Both the position numbers and the translations under genes were made by a program. DNA of 64,000 nt from Eledone cirrhosa (lineage: Eukaryota), in NCBI GenBank assembly GCA_964016885.1, contig OZ024741.1:176576001-176640000 (forward strand), in the 5' to 3' direction. The notes beneath the pieces are model-generated. The model was not told the DNA's origin. It worked only from the letters and a program-made list of their open reading frames with translations, and did no database searches. Numbering within the stretch: the first letter of the stretch is position 1; each line of letters begins with the position of its first letter. Shown piece after piece: positions 56,201 through 64,000 of this stretch.

Positions 56201-57228
56201 CTATTTGTGGCAATGATGACGGAATATGCGAATTGTTTTCTCTTGTCGTTTTTCACTTAAAAACAAAAAAAAACGTCTTACTTTTTTCTTCATTTACCAG
56301 TTTCATCATTCAGAGAGGCCCTCGTCAATTTAAAAAATCAACGTGCAGCTGTTATTTGCCTTATTCGTCATCAGCTGCTTTCTAAACACAGCAACAGACA
56401 ATCGTTGGGTTAAAACTACATAAGAACTTTTTTGTTATTAGCTTAGAATCGTTTGTTAGAAATCTGTGGTGTTATTTAATCAGATGTAATTTCACTAGGA
56501 AAATTATTGATTGCTTACTAAAAATGGCAACATTAAAAACTTATACAAAATCAGACACGCACAAAAAAAAACAACAACAAAAAAATATAGATTTAATCTT
56601 ATAGGACCGTTAAGAATTCAATCTTAAAAATGTATCAGATTACTTATGAATCTGTTATTACATATTATATATGTTCTGTATTTTTGTAAAGATAATAAAG
56701 AAGACAAACTGAAAAGGAATATGAATGGATAATTACAATTTACAACTAACAACTTCACAATAGGCGTTATATATATTATAAATTATGAGCTGGAGTATAT
56801 CTTTATCCGCTTGTAAATATAAACTGCTTGTTGGCCTATTTGTGGTCGTGGGTGTATATGTATACGTTTGTGTAGGGGAGTATATGTGTGTGTAGGCATG
56901 TGGTATTCATTGAGTTATTTGTTTCCTCTTCTTTCGAATCACTTTTTGGATACATTCACTCACACACGCATATATATATATATATTAATAAAAGGAATTG
57001 AAAATTGCAAACTTGACTGTCACCACGGAATATGAACCTGAAGATTGCGAAAGCATGAAAGTACGAGTTCAATTAACACTTAACATTTAATATTCTAGCA
57101 TACTATTTCATTCTAATACCATTATAAGGTTTAAAGGATTGTAAATAAAACGAGTAAATCAGACAAATTTGGAATTCCTTTTTATTAATATAATCTTCTA
57201 TACACAATCATACACACCCGTGTATATT

Positions 57229-57296
<68 letters not shown>

Positions 57297-57300
<4 letters not shown>

Positions 57301-58072
57301 TGGTTACACAACAGTTAGTTCACCATACCGAGAACAATTGTTTCATCTAAGCGGATACCCAGCCGACATGATTATACGGAACATGAAGGACAACCGTACG
57401 AACGCGTATGCACAGAAACGATCACTTCACACAGGCAATACTAAATTGCGTGCGAGATGTGTAAGGGAGATAACTACGAAAATCCGAAAAGTTTCTAGCT
57501 GATAAGAAAATTCGGATGTTGTAATTCAATCATGAGCTTTGTAGTTATGTAAGAGGTGTTTCCAGACGTGTGGACAACGTGTGAAGAATTCATTTCTCAT
57601 GTTTAAACAATCACTATTGCGTAATCTCATCAGAATATTTATTCGTTCATCAACACGACGGATTGCTCCTGGTTTGATGAACGAATAAATATTCTAAAGA
57701 GCTTACGCAATGGTGATGCCTAAACACGAGCAATTAATTCTTCACAGATTGTCCACACGTCTGGAAACACCTCTTACATAACTACAAAGCTCCGGATTGA
57801 ATTAGAACAACATCCTAATTTTCTTATCAACTAAAAACTTCGGACTTTCGCAGTTATCTCCCTTACACCTCTCGCACGCAATTTAGTATTGCCTGTGTAA
57901 AGTGATCGTTTCTGTGCATGCGTATAACCATGTCCATTACGAGCTGAGGATCCGCTAAGGTGAAACAATTGTTATCGGTATGGTGAATTAACTGTTGTGT
58001 AAACACGTCTACCTAACTCGTCCGGTGGACTGAGTGCTCTACCACTACGGATATTACCTTCCAGTGTTCTAC

Positions 58073-58075
<3 letters not shown>
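57297..58075. mobile_element. Fold-back of the pLTR of the 22573-24890 family
   Basis: 57305-57652 inverted at 57674-58001; both arms similar to 24480-24890; flanked by (TA)n. Confidence 0.9.
57940..57977 (+). ncRNA. Minimal type I hammerhead motif
   Basis: cgag-CTGAGGA-tcc-gctaa-ggt-GAAA-CAATTG-TT-atcg; palindromic stem III; sister copies read ctcg, restoring stem I. Confidence 0.8.
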
Positions 58076-58144
<69 letters not shown>

Positions 58145-58145
<1 letters not shown>

Positions 58146-58670
58146 GATGAAATATATGGAGAATAGGAAAGGCTGTGTAGTTGCTTACCTACCTATTTCG
58201 CCACTTTCTACTGTCACCAATCTTCTTTCCCCTCCCTTTCTCCCTATATACTCTTACCCTACATTCTTCCTCTCCCTTTCTTCCTCTCACTTTCACTCCC
58301 TTGTCTGACCGGTTAGCAGTTCTCTTCTACACTTACAGCTGCGGCGATCGGACGTGTGTCTTGTTTCTCCCGATTCCTCGGTCTCGAACTTAAGTTCTTT
58401 TATCGAGTGGTCATGGATTTCCTACCTACAGTTGCTCTCACATTGCTCGCTTTGTGTTTTTTCCGGTGTTTTGTTACTGTTTCTCTTTTCTACCCCTTTG
58501 CTTTCTTTCGTTTTCCCAATAACTTATCCAGTTATTGACGCCCTGGGGGGAGTGGTATCTTATCTTTAAAGCGTAGAAATATCCTACACCCCCAGTAGAC
58601 AAGTAGACAACTGATGAGGAACGCCCCCCTTTTCTTGCTTTCTTCGTATTCCCACTGCATTTTAAGTTAT
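58145..58670 (+). mobile_element. Pyrimidine-rich pLTR-like insert between (TA)n tracts
   Basis: T/C-skewed non-coding block bounded by (TA)n with hammerhead-like half motifs near its 3' end; single copy in the window. Confidence 0.4.
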
Positions 58671-58687
58671 ATATATATATATATGAA

Positions 58688-59629
<942 letters not shown>

Positions 59630-59635
<6 letters not shown>

Positions 59636-61360
59636 ATACTATGGGAGGGTCATGTTGCCAATAGGAAACACACGCACCAGTTGCTTTCACTCCAATTTAT
59701 TATAAATTAAATTTATAAATTTAAGAAATTTTTAAATTTCTAGTTGGTTGGTTGGTTCCACAACCGGACGGTTGTTCATATATTGTCAAAGTTATTTCGA
59801 CACATATTCTGTGACCTCTTCAGTGACAGGGGATTATTTTCTTTGTTTTGTGCCTCTCCTTTGGTGGGGCAATAAACTTAAAGAAGAATTAGAAGAGAGC
59901 AACCTCTTAACCCTGATCATGTACTCTCGCTACGTTGGTGATATACACATCGCAGTAAAAACACCCCCAGTAGAGAACAGTCAGGAATTATAGAAAAACA
60001 CCATGGAAAGCATCCAGCAAATAGCTAACTCCACCCACCAGAGTATTAGAGTTACTATAGACTACCCAAGCAAATACCCCAACCATCGATTACCTGTACT
60101 AGGCACAGAGCTCTGGTTAAAAACCATTAATAACAAAAAAAAACCTCCATTACCATTATGCCAAACCCATGACTTCCTAATACCTGATCCACCGAAACTC
60201 AGCTGTTTCAGATCACACCAATATCAACATACTATTTGCGGATTTAGTATGTGTGATGAGGAACGTGTCCTGCATGTGCAACCCCAAAGAACTAGAGAGA
60301 CACATACAACACTTCATCCACGGTATGCAGTTCTCTTGTTCCAATCAGAGAGATAACATCAGAGTATATAGAGGAGCCAGAACCAAATGGGAAAAAAACG
60401 GGAAATAATGATACAAATGGGACCTGCCCCAAGTATAGGAGCACATTTTTGAATAGAATAGAAAGAACTAGGAATAAGGTTAATAGAATAAACTCATGGT
60501 ATGATAGCAATATATACAAGAGTGTAATGTTCAACAATACAGCCCCTAGAGGTGAACCAGCTTACACATTTAGAAGGGCCCTAGATAAATTTAAACTAAA
60601 TATTAAGATAGTGGAAAGACTAGGTACCTCCATAGAGACACATATTAGCATTACATACCCTTTTCAAAGACCTCCCTGTATAAATAGGAAATGCATAATC
60701 TGTAAACTAAGCCCCCATAGTAACTGCAAAACTAGAAACATAGTATATAGCATAAGATGTACTCAGGGAAATGTAAAGGTAAGAATATGGTGTACATAGG
60801 TGAGACAGCTCGTAGTATAGGAGAACGATTAAATGAACACTGGCGAGAGCTTCAAGAGTGAAAATAATCATCAGTACTCCACCAACATGCTAAAATAGAA
60901 CATAAGGGCAAATTAGAGAATATAGAAATAAAAGTAAAATCTACACACAGAAAAGACGCAATGTTTAGACAAATCACAGAGGCAATAAACATAAATGAAC
61001 TCCAACCAAAATTAAATAGAAAACATGAATGGAATAGCAACATCACAACTTACAATTAAGGACAAAATGAAAACACACACACACATAGAAGAAACACCCA
61101 ATTAGTAATATGAAAATAAACAAATTAAGAAACAAATTAAAACACAAACATACACCCGGATGTAACACATGCGCAAACCAAGCACACAATACATACAACA
61201 AAGAAACGAATCTCCAGTCATTGAAGAGGTCACAGAATGTGTGACGAAAGAACTTTGATAATATATGAACAACCGTCTGGTTGTGGAACCAACCCACCAT
61301 ACGGAAATTTAGAATTTCTTAAATTTATAAATTTAATTTATAATAAATTGGAGTTAAAGC
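59630..61360 (+). mobile_element. 5'-truncated PLE (RT C-term + GIY-YIG) with inverted pLTR at 59630-59860
   Basis: MYSRYVGDIHIA, TIDYPSKYPNHRLPVL, CINRKCIIC, CKTRNIVYSIRC..YIGETARSIGERLNEH; multiple frameshifts. Confidence 0.9.
59784..59828 (-). ncRNA. Minimal hammerhead motif (sister copies 61216-61260 + and 45959-46003 +)
   Basis: Minus strand tgtca-CTGAAGA-ggtcac-agaatat-gtgtc-GAAA-taact-t-tgaca; stem I tgtca/tgaca. Confidence 0.75.
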
Positions 61361-61366
61361 AATATG

Positions 61367-61447
<81 letters not shown>

Positions 61448-61467
61448 ACACACACATACATATATTT

Positions 61468-61581
<114 letters not shown>

Positions 61582-61619
61582 AGTTTTGTGAGGTTTTTGA
61601 TATGAAATCGTGTGTAGAA

Positions 61620-64000
61620 ACAAATATTGTCATACTTGGCGAGGGTCATATTTGTGTAATAATATTGCCAGAATTTATAACAGAACACACTCACTGTTTG
61701 GTTGGTTTTCGCTTCTGTATCTTTTATATCGGTTAATTTAATGTTACCATTGACTGACCAACGGTCAAAAATAGAGTTATAGTATAGACACACACACATA
61801 TATATAGTCTAACAAAGTTCTTTCGTTGCACATCTGCAACATCGTCAGTGGTGCTATTATGTTTCCTCCCGTTGTATTGTATGCCTACACCATCTTTATT
61901 TAGTCTGTTTATTTATTTATTTTTTGTTGTCTTCTCTGCGCATGCGTTAGCGTGTGTGTATAGTGTTTGATGTGTGTTCGTGTTTGGGTGACTGTGTATT
62001 GGTTATTGTATTCCATCTTAGTTTACTAGTGTGTGTTTATGTGCTTGTTGTTATTGTGCTTGTGTATGTATTTATTTATTTATTTATACTTTTCTTAGGT
62101 CAGTATTGTTTGTTTGGGTGTTGTTTTTCTTCCATTCATTTTTTTCTGTTTAGCCTTGCCCTTCTAATTTCTATTTCGCTGGCCTCTCTGATTTGCCTAT
62201 CTGCTGGGTCATTTCTATGTTTAGATATTATTCTAATTTCTATGTTGTCTATGTTACCGTCGTGTTGTCGTCTGGCATGTTCCTATAGTACTGAATTGTT
62301 TTTTCGGCCTTTTAGTTCCCCCCAGTGTTGGTCCATCCTTTCACCTATGCTACGAGCAGTCTCGCCTATGTATGTTGTTTTCATGTTTCTGCAAGCACCC
62401 TCTGTACACCTTATGTTATAGACTACGTTTCTAGTTTTACAGTTTATCCGGGGGCTTACTTTACATATAATACAGTTCCTATTAGTACAATGGGTTTTCT
62501 TAAAAGGGTAGGTTTTGCTGATCAGGGATGTTCTGGTTGTTTCTGGCTTTTCTACCACCTTAATCTTTAAGTGGGTCTTTCTCAGGGCTTTTCTACACTG
62601 GTTAGCTAATTTCCCTCCAGGGGTAGCGTCCACAAACATGACACTCTGGTATCTCTGGTTATCGTAACATGAGGTGGCTTTCCCTATCTTATGTCTAGTC
62701 CTATCTAAGCTATTCCATGATTTGCTCCTGTATAATGGGCAAATCTCGTTGAATTTGAATATGTTGCCCTTTAGGGTAGTTTTGGTAGTATCAAAACTAC
62801 CCTAAAGGACCACATATTCAAATCTACACCCAGAATGAAGGAGCAGCTATTGACGTCAGCATAGCTGGTGACGTTGCCAACCTTTTTATGGTATGGTGGG
62901 AATGGTGACACAAAGAACTCCTTGATGAGAGATCCATAGACCCCATCATGTACTCTCGTTACGTATACGACATCAATATAGTAATAAGGACAAGTTTAAT
63001 TTAGAACGTAGCACAATGGAAAGAATCCAGCAGATAGCTAATTCCATACACCAGAATATAAATGTAACTATCGACTACACTTCCAAACGCCCTAACATTA
63101 GACTACCTGTATTAGACACGGAACTCTGGATTAACACTATAGACGAGAGAGCCCAAATTCTCCACTCACACTATGCTAAATCAATGCCCTCCAAATACCT
63201 GATACTCAAAACCTCAGCAATGTCCAGTAGTGCTAAGTTTAATATTCTGATCGCAGACTTGGTACGAGTGATGAAGAACGTGTCTCGCATGTGCGACCCA
63301 ACAGAAATGGAAAGACACATCCAACACTTCATCAACCGCATGCAGTTCTCTGGCTACAACCAAAGAGACACAATCAGAGTATACGAAGGAGCCACGGAGA
63401 CGTATCAGACACTCATAGAACTGGACATGAAAGGAATTTGCCCATTATACAGGAGAAAATCATGGAATAGCTTAGATCAGACAAGACATAAGATAGGGAA
63501 AGCCACCTCATGGTACGACAACCAGAGTGTCATGTTTTGGACGCTACCCCTGGTGGGAAATTAGCTAACCAGTGTAGAAAGGCCATGAGAAAAACCCACT
63601 TAAAGATTAGGGTGGTAGAAAAGCCATGAACCACCATACCATCCCTGATCAGCAAAACCTACCCTTTTAAGAAAACTCATTGTACTAATAGGAACTGTAT
63701 TATATGTGAACTAAACCCCCAGATAAACTGTAAAACTAGAAACGTAGTCTATAGCATAAGGTGTACAAAGGGTGCTTGCAGAAACATGACAACAACATAC
63801 ATAGGCGAGACAGCTCGTAGCATAGGTGAAAGGATAGACCAACATTGGGGGGAACTAAAAGGACGAAAAAACAGTTCAGTACTATACGAACATGCCAGAC
63901 AACACCACCACGGTAACATAGACAACATAGAAATTAGAATATTATCTAAACATAGAAATGACCCAGCAGATAGGCAAATCAAAGAGGCTAGCGAAATAGA
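61620..64000. mobile_element. Inverted pair of a related PLE: minus arm ~61620-62745, plus arm ~62810-64000 (runs off window)
   Basis: ORFs 61954+/63749- and 62283- mirror the plus arm; GAAI..AGDVANLFMVWW, YSRYVYDI, IDYTSKRPNIRLPVLDTELW, YIGETARSIGER. Confidence 0.9.
61811..61852 (-). ncRNA. Minimal hammerhead motif
   Basis: Minus strand acca-CTGACGA-t-GTTGCA-gatg-TGCAAC-GAAA-gaact-t-tgtt; 6-bp stem II with a sequence different from the sister family. Confidence 0.8.

Overview
Eukaryotic, AT-rich DNA dense in (TA)n/(CA)n microsatellites. The repeat content suggests an Octopus-like cephalopod (inference). No intact host gene is supportable, and most ORFs in the track are translated microsatellites. 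The window is mainly a cluster of Penelope-like retroelements (PLEs: RT + GIY-YIG) from several families. These include a near-full-length Naiad-like element (42717-44845), two Neptune-like elements (17618-21120 and 49668-53101) and many 5'-truncated copies with inverted pseudo-LTR (fold-back) architecture, almost all embedded in (TA)n. Also present are an RTE LINE, a Hero-like LINE fragment, a Tx1/L1 fragment, a Helitron-like element, a mariner-derived deletion element and tRNA-type SINEs. The most interesting layer is RNA structure, all paired by eye and untested: an HDV-like ribozyme fold starting at the first base of the RTE, about 10 PLE hammerhead motifs, a hammerhead with a ~115-nt G-U-rich stem II, and variant-core hammerhead-like motifs, one of them in a 615-bp partial tandem resembling a retrozyme.
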